This document shows positions 1 to 14,400 of a stretch of 47,633 nt of DNA, piece after piece. Positions within the stretch are counted from its first letter, which is position 1, and each line of letters opens with the position of its first letter. The notes under the pieces are model-generated. The model saw only the letters and a list, made by a program, of their open reading frames with translations, was not told where the DNA came from and ran no database searches. Position numbers and translations under genes: made by a program. The stretch is from Kipferlia bialata (Eukaryota), in the NCBI GenBank assembly GCA_003568945.1, contig BDIP01000007.1, positions 1 to 47,633 on the forward strand, written 5' to 3'.

Positions 1-8
1 GGGGGTGT

Positions 9-53
<45 letters not shown>

Positions 54-341
54 GAGAGAGACTTGCCAATATATCGAAGGTGGTATCATGGGCAAAAATC
101 TAATGTGAGGGGAAGAGGAAGGGGGAGGGAGAGAGGCGTGAAGAGACAACGGAACATCGACATAGCTCTACTGGGAGAGAGAAAGAGAGAGAGAGAGTCA
201 TTCAAAGGGAAGTACAACACCAGCCTTGGGGGGGGGATGGGTAATGATGACCTTATGCAATACCAGAATCGGCAAGGGGATTCAAGGAGAATAAGAGATC
301 ACAGATAGAGGAGGAAGGTCAACTGGCAGAATCTTCCAAAC

Positions 342-584
342 CTTGAGAGTGACCGAGACACTCCCGGCATCAGCCCCTCCCAGACTGAACCAGACGCAGT
401 CATCACCAGGGAGTGCAACCCCAGTCGCAGTGGTCCAACTACCACTGGAGAAGGTGGGGCAAGAGTCAGAGGAAGCAGTGGTTCCAGAGATGTATGCCTG
501 TGGCGCCACAAAACTGCAGGTACCCACGCACACTAATGCACAGAGTACTAGCACCAGCATGGCCAGCCACTGTCTGGCTGGCAT
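342..584 (-). CDS. First exon of a probable secreted/surface protein; gene continues off the left end
   Basis: ATG at 584 gives MPARQWLAMLVLVLCALVCVGTCS, a signal-peptide-like hydrophobic start, followed by S/T/C-rich sequence. A plausible donor (AAG|GTTTGG) lies near 341. Downstream exons were not resolved. Confidence 0.5.
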
Positions 585-759
585 CTAGGCCCTACTATAC
601 ACAGCACGTGCTAAAGACATGGCACCTCAATCTAAACCCTTAGATCATCTAGCGCTTTTTGTATGGTCTCACTAGACCCTTACTTAGTTTTTGGATCAGA
701 TGTGATGGTCGGGTAGAGGCACAGAAAGTGTCAATCTGCTCTACACAGGTGTCAGCCAG

Positions 760-3700
760 ATGCGGCTGAGTCTAACCGGTGGCAATGGGGTTGAGCTGAT
801 GTCTCTGGATGTGCCTGGTGATCTCAACCCAGAGGATACCCTACAGACACTGGTAGAGGTGTATAGACAGAGGATGGTTGAGAGGGCAAGTGAGAGGAGA
901 GAGGAGAGAGGGGGGGAGGGGGATGTCAGTGAGAGTGAGGGCTCTGGGTCTGAAAGTGACGATGCGGAGGGTGTCCCAGGAGATATTCCTATCCCCCCCT
1001 CGGTCTCTCTCTCGGTACACCTACCCGGCTGTATACAACCCCTCTCTCCCTCTCTCCCCATTGGCCTCGTGCTGCAGGGAACATCAATAGGTATTATATG
1101 ATAGTCTATTGAGAAAGATATACCGGTTCCCCTGTGAATAGTATCAATACAGATTCTGTGTCTATTCACTCTGACTCTGTTACTAATCATAGGTGGCGAG
1201 GAGCTCTGTATCCGCTTTGACTCCCCCCCTCCCCCCTGTGGCACTGTGTCATTCAATGCACCAGAGAGCACTGTCATGGGTAGAGTGCCATATGACATGG
1301 ACCCAAGGTGTGTTTGTGTTGTTTACATACAATATGTAATATAGGGTATGTGATAATTGTGCCTATATATATAGTAATGGTCTCACGCATACGACATGGA
1401 CCCAAGGTATGATTACTCACATATACATATATGAAAATGCACAGATTCTAGGCCTAGTAGTACCCCACAATACTGAATGGGTATGGATATGTTTTGACTT
1501 GTAGATATACATGTATGTGTGTGCATATATTCAAGTTTAGTGACAGTATCATGGCTAGAGGATTATGTGTACACCAGATTCTGTTGTAACAACGATATGT
1601 AGAGGGGAAACATGATCATTGTTAACCTTCCCCCCCAACTCCCAGATAGATACAGACTACCACACATAGAGTATTGCTATAGTAAATAGTACCATAGCCC
1701 CCATACCTATCAACAGGTGTGTTCTGCTACTTCGGTATAGATATTTCTTTTCAATGTCTATACACATATGTACTCCTACTCCCCCCCCCCCATGAGTTCT
1801 TTCCTATAGTTTTATCGTGGTATGGAAGTTGCGGTTATATGTATATGCATATGCATGTTACCGTCAATCTATGTCTCCTTTTCGATTATGTCAGTTGGCA
1901 TATAATATTAGACTAGGTGTACTATTGCTCTATTCTCGAGAATACCCTCAGTTCTTATGGTAGATGTAACTGAATGTATAATATACATGGTAGTTACAAC
2001 CCCCCCCCTCTTCTCTATTCCTTTACCCCCAGTTCTGTTATATCCAGTGGAGATGTAGTCAATGTGCTCTCCAAGGACTACATCAAGTGTTTCTCCTTTG
2101 CAGGGGGCAGGCTGCTACAGGGATATGCCATAGGGGCAGTGCCTATTGCTAGTGATGTGTGCACTCAGGCTAACCGGGCCATGCGGAGAGGGTATAATGC
2201 ACTAAACGGAGTCCTGCAGCTATCAACCCAGGTACTTGGGGACGGTTCCTTCACCGATATTGGTATGAGTGATATGTGACCTACGTATCACGTAGATTTG
2301 CAGGACCACATCAATATCTCAATCTTTTCTATCAATGTCTTACCTTATCCCAGGGTGGGTACTACGAGCTGCTGAAGTGGAACAAGGGACACCAGAGCAC
2401 ACTTTCAGTGACACGTTACTATATAGAGGCATCTTCCACCCCACACTGGGTAGAGGCACCTCTCACCATCACTGAAGATGCACGTGATTCCATTGCACAC
2501 TACCATACAGAGCTCCCAACGTTGGGATACAATGAGACAGGTACACATTGAAATTCGGATCTCAATGAACAATGTAACACTTTTAGTACACATTGTCATT
2601 TGAAGATAGAATTCCACTTACTCAGGTGCCGCTCTAGCATATGTGGCCAAGGGCCAGCGTATTCTGCGCTATGATACCCCCAGCCATACACTGTCCCTGG
2701 AAATGACTGTCCCAGATACCGTGACACACAAGGTCTCTCAGATCTCCGGCCTAGATACCTCGTATCTGCTCTCTTGCCACTCCAAGGAGGGCACTTGTGT
2801 ATCTGTCGTCAACAGAGATACCCTCAGCGTTGAGCATCTCCCGATAGAGGGAGACAGAGTCACTCTGTCCACCGCTGGGTGTGTCTTTGCAGATTGCGAG
2901 CGTGTCAACCACCCTTCCTTCCGTCATTATCATACTGGAGCTCCCCTCCACATAGCAGTAGACTATGGAACATGCATGAGTATCAGTCCGTGGGTTAGCA
3001 CGTTTGCCGTAAGAGGGGGCGACGTCTGGTGGACCCGCCCTGGAGTGATATGCAGAACACCGCTGTCCCAGTTCCGGCAGACTCCACAGTTGGCGTCCCA
3101 CACCGATAGTGGGGAGCAGTCCTCTCAAGCACTGATAGAGTGGGACGTTGATGTGAAAGAGGACCAGGTCCCTTTCACACCTACGTTGAAGTGTCAGACA
3201 AGTAACTCTACCATGTACGTTGCCCTTGCTCATGACCTCTCTGTCGCTGGTATGGCCGAGCACTGTCCCGGAATGGGCTGGAGGGTTATAGTAGCCAAAG
3301 ATACAGGGGTACGCACATTACCATACGTCGGCCAGAGTATCAGCTCAGTTCGCACCCATGCATATGCCTGTGTTCAAGGTCAACTGGTCTCTATAGACCT
3401 GGTCCATGGAACCGCAGAACCCAAATATGTGTCACTGAAGACACATCCAGCACTGTCTGATGACAGGAGTTGCCTCCTACTCGATACACCTACTGGTGTC
3501 AGGGAATACCCACTCCCAGCATGTGACACTATTACCTCTGGCCGGGTTGAGTATGGGTGCCGTGGTCTTGCTGCTGGGACTTTTGCAGGGACTGTATGTA
3601 TGGATGGAGTTGTCACTGACATGTCACGATCTAACCTCTATCGTGTCAACAGTGGTGTTTCCAGACCCATTGTTGCGGCTCAGCCGGAGACAGCAGAGTC

Positions 3701-4796
3701 AGAGATACCTCGAAAGGCCATTGCCTTCGACAAAGACCAACTGGAGCTAGTGCTCTCTCAGGGAGTGGCAATAGGACTGGATGTGAGTGGAGGATCTGAT
3801 CTCTGCTTTGATGTTGAGTCATTGTTCAAGGGACGGGTCCTCTCAGACTGCACATTCTCCCATTGTTCCATCACATCACTGGCCGGGGCTAACCTGACTG
3901 GTTGCACATTCACTAGCTGTACCATAGAGAATCTCGATGGAGCTTCCATGCGCAGATGTACCCTGCAGGGTTGCACTCTCAGCGGTGCCAGTTGTATCAG
4001 TGCCACACTTGCTGACGTGTCATTGGTAGAATGTCGCATGCAAGAATCTGTTTGGACTGAGTGTAGACTCAGTGGTGTGACTGCACTTGCCACACCTATG
4101 ATATCCTGTGATTTGACTGGTGCCTCAATGTCAAGAGTTGACTTGTCAGGCTGCGACCTCACGGGAGGCAATCTAAGACAGTCTAAGTGGAGTGGCTGTT
4201 CTCTATCCGGAGCAGTACTCCCCGGTTGCGACATGAGTACAGTCACACTGCAAGACGTTGATCTCTCTGGAGCCGACGTGGCAACATGCACTCTTCCACC
4301 ATGCTTTAGGAGAGGATGGAACGACAATGTCGCTTCCTTCAAGGGAGTTGACCTCTCTGGTACCTCCTTAGGAGACGTGAAAGGGTTTACTGGTGGCCAC
4401 ATTAAGGCGGCTACACGCATTAGTGGAGTAGACTTCCAGGGAGTAACCTTTAGCATAGACTTCAGGAAGGATCAGGCTACTCCGGCTTTCCGAGGGAGGG
4501 ACTTAACTGGATGCAACTTCTCTGGGTGCTCCATGCAGTCCTGCAGCCTCAGCGGATGCACACTCTCTAACGCAGTGTTTACAGGGACCGATCTGACCGG
4601 CAGCATCCTTACTGGGGCTACAGTGTCTGATGCAACATTCACAGACACAAATCTGACCAGATGCAATTTCTGGGCGAGCATTGGCCTCACATACGAGCAG
4701 TTCCACTCAGCTGCTACTACTCAGGGAGCTGACATAACGGGACTAGAACTCGTTCCCAAGCCAGGTATTCACACATTGGGACTGTCTCAATTATGA
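760..4796 (+). CDS. Multi-exon protein: N-terminal acidic/possible ubiquitin-like part, beta-rich middle, C-terminal pentapeptide repeats
   Basis: Phase-consistent exons 2033-2231, 2354-2540 and 2626-4796 (GT-AG introns 2232-2353 and 2541-2625). Upstream exons at about 749-1091 and 1193-1307 are less certain. The last exon has many A-x-L-x-x type pentapeptides (LAGANLTGCTFTSC, LSGADVATC, LTGCNFSGCSMQSCSLSGCTLSNAVFTGTDLTGS) at about 3840-4740. The true start was not pinned down. Confidence 0.75.
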
Positions 4797-5439
4797 CACA
4801 TATTTGCTTTCAATAATGTTAGCGATGCATAACACCGATTCGTTTTGTGTACGAGGCATCATGTATGCTAGAGTCATATGAGTATTCTGACAACCAGAGC
4901 CAGAGCCCGAACCTACACCTGGGACAGCTCCCTCTGGATTTGACTGGCCTGTTCCAAAGGACGGGCATTCTCAGGACGGAACACGTGCCACTCAGTCATC
5001 ACCCAGTGGCGGTTGTGGAGGTAGGATACTTGTTTGAAACAATTTGGTTCTCCCGGAGGGAATATCTTGTTGTCGATATGGTTTTCATTATATACATTGC
5101 GTCTAACATATAGGAGCAAGTAGCACTCAGAGGGGCCTCATGAGAGCAAGGAGGCGGCTGAAGAGATAAAGGTAGAGACTGAGTCACTGCAGGAGACAGA
5201 ATGACTCCTGCAGTCGTATCCTAGAGTTGTGGTTGGACATTGCCCAGTGGGCAACACATAGTCTATGTTACAGTAGATTTCTAGTTTGGGCTTGACTGTC
5301 AAGCCTTTATACACAGTATCCATACACACAACCAACAATTGTCTCATAAATTCACCATATATTGGGAGTGGGAGAAGGGAAGTTGGGAAAGCTAGGAAAG
5401 AGAGTGATGCTGTATGTGACCTTCGCAAGGGTAGAACTC

Positions 5440-8400
5440 CTAGCTGGCGGTTCTGAGTTCGTATCCAAAGGTGAACCCACCCCCCAGCCCCTGGTTCCTG
5501 GGATCTGTGTTGAATGCGTGTCGAGGCTGCGCCACTGACATTATTGTGACATCTGGCTCAAAGTCCAATATCTCTAGCTTGGTATCCTTTCTAGAGCACT
5601 TGGAGAATACATATGCCGCAGACAGACCAAGCAGACCGAACCCTAGCATACCCACAGCTATGTATGCTTCCAACGGGTACCCATCGACAGACACATTGAC
5701 CGACAGGAGGGCCTCCCCATCTACTAGCACCTGGAAGTCGGTCTCACCCTCAGTGGGTAGAGTGACCATGGCCACGTATGACTGTGTCTCCTCGTTCCAC
5801 ACCGCCTCAGCTTGCTCCATGCTGTTCATCATGACTGTGACAGACCGGCCATCGCACACATTGCCCCATTGGTCTATGACATGCGTGTCAAAGGGAACAG
5901 TTGCATCAGAGGAAACTGTCTCTGGTAGAGTGACAGAGGATGACGCTGGATGGGGGGAGTCTGGGACAATGGATATGGACTTGGTCATGAAGACGGGGTC
6001 GTCTCCTACAGACACCACCACACTGGCGAGGCCTGCTCTGGTACCACCTGATAGCACTGCAGTGTACTCACCGGTGTCAGAGTCAATAGATGCCACTGAG
6101 GTGACTGTGCCATCCTCGTTGGTCCATGCTATACTCACGTCCTGGGGGATATCGTTCACATCACCATATGCAGACTTGAGTACAGCGCTCAGTGGTGTCG
6201 CAGTGCCAGCTACGGCAGTCTCTGTCAGCACCTCTGATGTATCTGGAGAGGCAGGGCCTACTGTTACTAGCATTCCACCAACAAGAAGATCAGCATCTGA
6301 GGCAGGCTTGGCCACAATGGAGTTGGGACCCACAGTGACTGGGATGTCAACCGTAGATGTGTAGCGCACTAGAGATCCGTCCTTCACCCCGTTAACGAGG
6401 GTATCCCCTACAGTAAGGGATACACCATCCGTCAAAGGCACACTACCTCCTAGTGTGTCCATGAAGTGATAGCTCAGCTCCACATTCGGGGTACCCTGCA
6501 CATATGCACCTTGTGCTCCATCGAATACAAGAGCAGCAGGGGACCCCAAGTTGAACTCACTCACCCCAAAGCCACCGGTGGAGTAGCTACCAACCACTAG
6601 GTTACCATTGTTGTCTAGTGAGACAGAGGCTGGGGCACGGGTAGGGGATAGTATGGGAGCGGTGCCCACAAACACACCAGAGGATCCGTCGAGCGTGTAG
6701 ACTGTGACTGAACCAGATACATGAGAGGAGTCGCTACTTGCTACGACAAGTGTGCCTCCAGCAAGGGATAGGGTAGTGGTTGCTGCAGAGACACTCTTTG
6801 TTGAGTAGTCCAAGCTGGGGGAAGACTCATCGACGGAGTCTTCTGAAACATAATCCATGGCGCCCCACTCAGTCTCAGAAGAGAAAACACCAAACCCAGT
6901 TACAAACTCGGTTGAGGCAATGGCCAGAACGCGATCGGATAGGGCAATGTCCCCACCTCCATATGGGAGTGAGGCAGCGTGTTCCCACTGAGACAGCTCT
7001 GCATCGTACTCGTACAATAGTGTCTCATTGACAGAGACCCCAGATGTAGTTAGTGCAGCAACGTCACCAGATATAGCAACCCTAGTCCCCAGGTGGGCAT
7101 ATGTAGTTGGAACAGTAGCCTGTAACCTCTCCGTATTCTCACACACGCCATCATCGCATGAGTACACATATGCAGCACCAGACTCTGGCACTAGAGATGA
7201 ATATGCACCAGGTGCGCCTACCACAAGCGTGGTATCGGTACATGCCACACTGCTGCCAAACCCATCCCCTTCCATACCATCGGGAGCTACAACAGTACCA
7301 GTGTAGTTCCACACTCCATCACTCTCTTGGAATACTTCAACTGCTTCCATCCCTGGGTGCCCTATGTACGCGATACCTGACCCATATTCTGTCTCAGATA
7401 GACACAACGCGTAGCCGAAGAGACCTGTGTCTGATGTATCGTTGGCACGCACTACCTGAGAGAGCGAGACATCTGAGGTACCCATGGGGTAGAAGTATAC
7501 TCTGCCCTGGTCCAGGAGACCGTCAGTCGGGGCGGACACTGCCTTCCAGTTATCTGATACTGCCACTGCATGACCGTACCCATATTCGGCGTCCTCTGTG
7601 ATCTCTGTCACTGCTTCACTCTCAAAGGAGAGTACAGGTGAAAAGGACACAACAGTATGTGTCATCAGAAGGGTACCATCACAGTATACTTCCAGTTCTG
7701 AGGGTCCTATTGTGTCGGCTGCGTGTATAGACACACTGTATGACCCACTCTGAGTATCAAGAACAGCAATAGACTGTGTCCCATCCTCCCATCCAGCAGA
7801 GACAACAGTTGAGGTACTCCTGATTGAGGAACCTAGTGCATTCCTCAAGGATATCGTGTAAGTCTGTGCATTATCAGTGGGAGCAATGGAAGGTGACACA
7901 GAAGATGTGGTGGCATCAGCAGCCATGCTCTCCACATCCACAGTGTGGGTCAGGAAGAGAACTCCATTGAGGTAGACGTGCAGAGACTGGGTCCCAGAGA
8001 TATGTGGTGCAGTGAGGGTAGAGACCCAATCTTGCGAGGTGGGACTGTATGTTGCCTCTGAATACTCATCCTCCGCCGCCCATCTGAGGGTGACCTCATG
8101 ATCCTGGTATGCATTGAGTACCTTGATACCACCACTAGAATACAAGGACACATGTACTTGAACTGCAGACCCAGCTACTGCACTACTAGGAGACACCATC
8201 GAGTAGTCACTGTCTGGGGTACCGCCAACCACCCTCATCGAGTAACTACCCAGTGGGTTGGAGTTGTACCAGGCATACACACTAGCTACACGGCTACCAC
8301 TAGATGGTGGAGCAGGGAGCAGGCATGTATAGGTGTCCGAACCAGTAGTACATGGGATAGCAAGGAACTCATCATCCGTGTAGGATACAGTCAGAGTACC

Positions 8401-11400
8401 GGTATCACCAAGTCTTGGGTTGCCATAAGCATCGACAATCGATACTGAGATAGTGTTGAAGTCACTCCCAAGAAGGTGCTTTGGGGATTGAATCTTGAAG
8501 GAAGAAACGTCTCCTGCTTGAATGGATACAGTGGTATCAAGGGAGAACGTCTCGTCGTCCATAGTGCAATGGACAAAGAGGGGTATATCTCCAGCAATGC
8601 GAGGTGCTGTCAGAGTACCAGTGTAGGTACCATCATCAAACGACAGGTCAGTGTTCACTAGAGACTCCTTGAGGAATCCAGCAAAGAGTGAATCATACGG
8701 TATGGTGTTGCCATACGAGTCTCTTGGAGTCACTGCCACTGAGACACCGCTTGCCACACTCACATCCAGACCGCCATTGATACTGATGGAAGACATGGTC
8801 AGAGAAGCAGCAGCCTCTGGTACTACATCCATGTTAAATACCCTGATGGTTATATCTCCCACCATCACTGATATCTCCAGAGCCTGGGCAATAACGTAGT
8901 CTTCTCCAGGGATATCGACAGTATACGACTGTGAATCGACATCGTGCACTGCGTCAAGCGCTACTGTTTCAAGTCCAGAGACGATCAGGGATACATCAGC
9001 ATACTCAGAAGTCATGTAGTTGGCGTAAGTGTCAAGTATCTGACTGGTGACACTGAACGCTTGACCAGCTGTGACTGGGTGGGAGGTATCATCTAGGCTA
9101 CAGTGTGAGGTGCCGTCTGGGTACTCCAGACATATAACGGACTCAGAGGGGTCAGCAGCAGCAGGAGTAACAGTCAACTCCATCGCCTGATACACCACAT
9201 CAGTGAACCTCTGGGACTCTGTTGCACACTCTGCTACCACCATTACGCTAGTATCATCCACCGAATACTGAGTCATTGTAGCACTGTAGACATCATTGTC
9301 TTCCTCCCAGTTAATAGAGTTGTAACTGACGGTTGTGTCACTGGATATGACTGTGGACTGAACAGTACACTGGTAAGAGGAGTCAGAGGGTAGAACGGAC
9401 CCAGTAGCATCCACGAGAGATACTAGGATGGTGATCTCCAGTCCAGCCTCCGTAGTGAGAGCAGAATCATCACATTCTATACCAGCCAACCCCCCGAACA
9501 CTGTGAAGCTTTCAGACACCACACCGTCAGAGTATCCATCCTGTGACACTGAGACGTCAAGGGTGTGGGGTCCTGCTGATAGTGTCTCTGTTAGTGGTAG
9601 ACTGTAACAGGATGATGCTGCACCATATGAAACAGACACGACGTCACCCGAGTCCACTGAGACACTGATGAACTCCAAGGACATACTATCACCATAAGCA
9701 TCGCTTAGCGCCAGATTCATAGTCACATCGGACTCAAATACTGGGTAAACGATCACAGAGTCAATACTCCCCATGACGTCTAGGGTGTGACCTCCCAAGG
9801 CGGTGCCCTCATGCCAGAGGAACATGTCAACTGCACTACCTGGCTCAGAGACGGTGGTCATAGAACACTGATACTGGGTATCTAACCATGCACACTCCGA
9901 GGCAGTATCAGCATCATCAGTCAGAGAGGATGATAGAGTGGTACCAACAGCAACTGGGTTCCCGTTGATGTCAGTCAATACCACATTCACTGTTGACAAC
10001 AGCCCTGACCAGATGGAATAGGGAGTCAATACTACATGGGCAGCTGGACCAGGCTGAATCTCAAGTGTACTAGCTAGAGTGTAGCTATCACTTCCTGAGA
10101 TCCCAACCAGATCCAATGTGGCGTCACCCACTGTTAGAGGGAGAGAGACAGTGCCGGACACATACCCATCGCCATCAGAGACTAAGATAGTGCTTCCCAC
10201 CACACCCTCCACCTCACATGTCACACTGTCATAGACAATGGAGTTGCCGAACATGTCTCGAATCTGAGTATTCACAACAACAACGGATCCGGCCACCAGC
10301 GCCTCTCCGCCATTCACTGATACAATAGACTCACCATCACTCGGTGTCATATCAGCGACAACCTTGAGCATAAAGGATCCAATCAGTAGGTCTCCAGCGA
10401 TAACCGATACATTGTGGGTTTCAGCTTGAGTATAGTCTGCAGGGTCAAGACTGAACACAACCCCAGATGCCCGAGATGATTTTGATCCAAGGAGAACTGG
10501 TACACCAGTTCCAGGGTCGCTAGATATTGAGACAACACAGTCGCTGACAGGGTTTCCATACTCGTCACATACTGTGACAGATACAACACCCCCTGAACCA
10601 GCTGTCACCGTGTAGGAAGAGTCGATGCCAGTAACCAACTCGACACCTCCGGATGTCACAGAGTATCCACTGGTTAGATCATCAACGTGACTAGGTTGCA
10701 CCGTGAGTGGAACAGAGAGAGTGACACTATCAGTGATGTCTCCTATCACACACTCAGCTGTAACCAGAAGGCAGTCACTCTCGGTGGAGACAGAGGACAC
10801 GCTACTGGTATACATGTGCCCAGACCCAGTTAGCGTAGCACTATAGACTGATCCTAGTCCACCATTGATAGAAGCGATACCAACATCACTGGCCACAGTG
10901 ACTGTACAGGTATACTCTGTGTCAACAGGAAGCGTGGTTCCATTTGAGTCCAGAAGTGTGAGTGAGAGATCGAACACCTCTCCCGCAGTGGCTGTGAGTG
11001 CATCATCACTCGACGCGATACCAGCCAGAGGACCATACTCAGTGACTGATGCTGTCAGGTCCACACTAGGGTATGAAGGGTCCGATACAGACACATCCAT
11101 GGAGTATGGACTCTCACCAGACACAGTGGATATCTGTACCGTATAGTACCCCTCCTGTGAGTTGAAGGTGGCATCTACAATTACTCCCTCATATGTCACA
11201 TAGACATTGATCAAGTCATGGACAGAGACACCATACACGTCATGGATAGTGAACCTGACAGCACTCGAAGTGGATAGTTTAGGTAGTGAGACTACTCCAT
11301 CCAGGTTCACAATGACACTCTCAGTCACAGAACCTATGTACACCCCTCCAAGCCAGGCATGTAGGAGAGCCTCAGTGGTTGGATCAACATCATGGGAGAC

Positions 11401-14400
11401 CTCGCATGTGTAGGAAGACCCACTCTTCACACACTCTGTGGCCGAACCCATCGTGTCACCAAGTGATGCTAGAAGAAGTGTAGAGTCACAGGATACTGTG
11501 TTGTCAAACTGGTCATGCACTTCAACCGACATAGTCGTCATCCCGGCGGCAATGATACCAGTAGACCCCAGTGTGTGGATGTGGGTGGCACGGCATGCAT
11601 CTACAGACAGCTCCATGTCAAGAGAGTATGAGGACCCTCCATAATACCCAGTCACATTAAGGGTGGTATCTCCTGCCACTGTTGGAGCAATAACTGTTCC
11701 AGTGTACTCAGTACCAAGTAGAGTCATGGCTACCGACTCATCTCCGGAGAAGGCACAGTCAACATCAGTATACTCGACAGTGTTCCCAAACCTGTCCACA
11801 AAGGTTGCTAACACAACAACAGAGGAGCCAGCAGTCACGTTAGATGCACCACCACCCAGTGAGAGTGTAGATAACACTACACTCGGGACATACTCTGATA
11901 CTACACTGAGTGTAATTACATCAATGGATACTCCATCAACAGTTACGGACACGTCATAGGCACCAGTCTCTGCGAGTGTCAGAGGATCAACCTCAGCCGT
12001 GTAGGATTGATCAGCTGCTTCCACAGCACTAGACTGCAGCAAAAGATCTCCAGTAGCACTTAACACCTCAATGGTGACAGAACTGGCAGACAGTGTGTTC
12101 CCATACTCATCGTGTGGTAGCACTGAGACAAGGAGTCCGGCTCCCGCAGTCATTGTCCCAGTACTGATGTAAAGGCTCTCTCCACCAGACTCAAACAGTA
12201 CAGTAGTGGATGCTAGATCCACGGTGCCGGACTCAACAGTCAAGGGTACAGACTGAGATACAACATCAGGAGCTAAATCACCAGATACACACTGAGCCGC
12301 AATACGGACATCAGCAGCGTCACAGGAGAGGGAGGAGGCAGTGGCCGTGTAGACATTAAGGGTGTCGTTATAGGCAGCTGCATACTCAGTGCCCGTTCCC
12401 CCATCTAATAGACCCCCAACATCAGTGGTAATAGTGACAGTACACACATATGCCTCATCTACAGGCAAGACCACGCCCTCACTATCCAGCAGATACACCT
12501 CCACTGACATAACATCTCCAGCTACTACACTGGTCGGAATACCGGAGGTAGTGATAGTGGACACTGGCCCATACTCTAAGATGGGTGCAGATACAGTGAG
12601 ATCAGGATAGTCCGGGTCTGTAACTGATACAGAGAGAGAGTGAACGCCTGGGCCAGAGGTAGAGGGGGAAGTAGCTGTGTACCACTGCTGATCACTGTCA
12701 AACGTTGCATCGACAGTAACTCCCTCATACGTCATTGTCACTGGTGACAAGTCAACCACGGACACACCATAGTCATCGAGTACATGGAAACGAACAGAGT
12801 CTGCACCAGTGTACTGAGGCAAGAACGAGACACTGTCCAGGTGTAGCACCACACTAACAGGCTGCACGCCAATGAACACACTGTCGCACCATACATATAG
12901 GTATGCCACAGGGGCAGGGTCCAGATCGCAGTCAACGTCACAGGAGTATAACTCTCCGCTATTGACGCACTCTGATGTATCGTGGGAAGTAGCTATGTGA
13001 GGTGCAGTATCGTCACCACCTATGGCAAGGGTCAAGACTCCGGGGGATGTCAAGGTATTAACATATACGTCACTGACACTGAGGGTAACAGTAGTGACAC
13101 TGGACGCCTTGAGATAGGAAGGGTGTATCAGGGACCAGTTATTGGGAAGACCTGCCTCCAAGGTAAGAAGAGTCGAGTCAGAGTGGACAAAATCTCCCGC
13201 AGTCCCAACAACGAACACGTCGACATCACCAGCTAGGGTTGGTGCAATGAGAGACCCCTCATAGCTACCAGCGGTGAAGCTGAGACCATGTGTTGCTGCA
13301 GCAACGCTGTTGAAGCCACAAGTGACAGAGTCGAACTCAATGACATTGCCAAACTGGTCAGTATACTCAGTAGTCACATCCACACTGGATCCAACTACCA
13401 CTGCAGAGACACCGCCATTGACAGTGACAACAGAGTTAATGGAACCAGTCACATCGGGTGTGACAGTGACTGTGAGCTGTCTAAGTACACCGGACACACA
13501 CGACACCGATACATCAATGGTCTGCACAGATGTCCAAGATGTCTCCGCTGAGTATGCATAGGTACCAGAGTCAAAGGAGACGTCAAGGGAGTCTGAAGCC
13601 CCGCCTGTCAGTGTCTCTACCACCACTGACTCCATCGCTGTTACAGGGTTCAGGTACATATCGAGTAGGGTCACGGACACTGAAAGCATGGAGCCAGCAG
13701 TCAGGTCCACAGAGTCAACGGCGTCACCCACAGTTACTCCATCTGCAGATACTGATACAACGCATGACTCAATGTCAACATCAGCTGGTACAACAGTAAC
13801 TGGGACAGACAGAGTGAGGGTGTCAGTGTGACCACACTCAGACACCACACACTCAGCTGTGACAAGTAACTCAGTACTGAGAGTGGAGGTAGATGTAACA
13901 AAGGCTGAGAAACACTCTTCTGCGGAGTCCCAGTCAGCATCAACAGAGGTCTGAGAGGAAACACCCACATCAGTCTCTACTGATACCTCACACTGATACA
14001 CAGCGTCAGTGCCAGAGAGTGCGGTACCAATACTATCCTCCAAAGAGACTGTAACTAGCACGAGGGCACCAGCTGTGACAGGTAAGGTTAGATCACCCAC
14101 GATGATCGTGTCTAACTGGCCATGGACACTGAACGACTGAGACAGAGTTACAGTGGGGTAACTAGACTCCGAGACAGACACGTCCATAGAGTGGGGTCCA
14201 AGGGCAGAGAGACCCACGGGAGCATCAACAGTGTACCATGCCTCATCCTGGTCGAATGTAGCAGGAGCACTGGCACCACCATCGAATGATACGGACACAG
14301 TCCCAATGTCACCGACATCGACACCGTACTGGTCGAGGATGGAAAAGGGGAGGGTATATGCCATGCTGAACATAGTATCAACCACAACCTGGTCCAGATG

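Noticed and set aside
1..52. Possible telomeric repeat at the window start (and C-run at the end)
   Set aside because: Plain homopolymer with no periodic telomere unit.
3758..4690. Minus-strand ORFs over the pentapeptide region
   Set aside because: Antisense to a clearly patterned coding frame.
5440..5610. Integrin-alpha identity or sorting/PDZ motifs in the cytoplasmic tail
   Set aside because: No GFFKR after the TM helix, no clean NPxY, and the C-terminus (RTAS) lacks a hydrophobic last residue.
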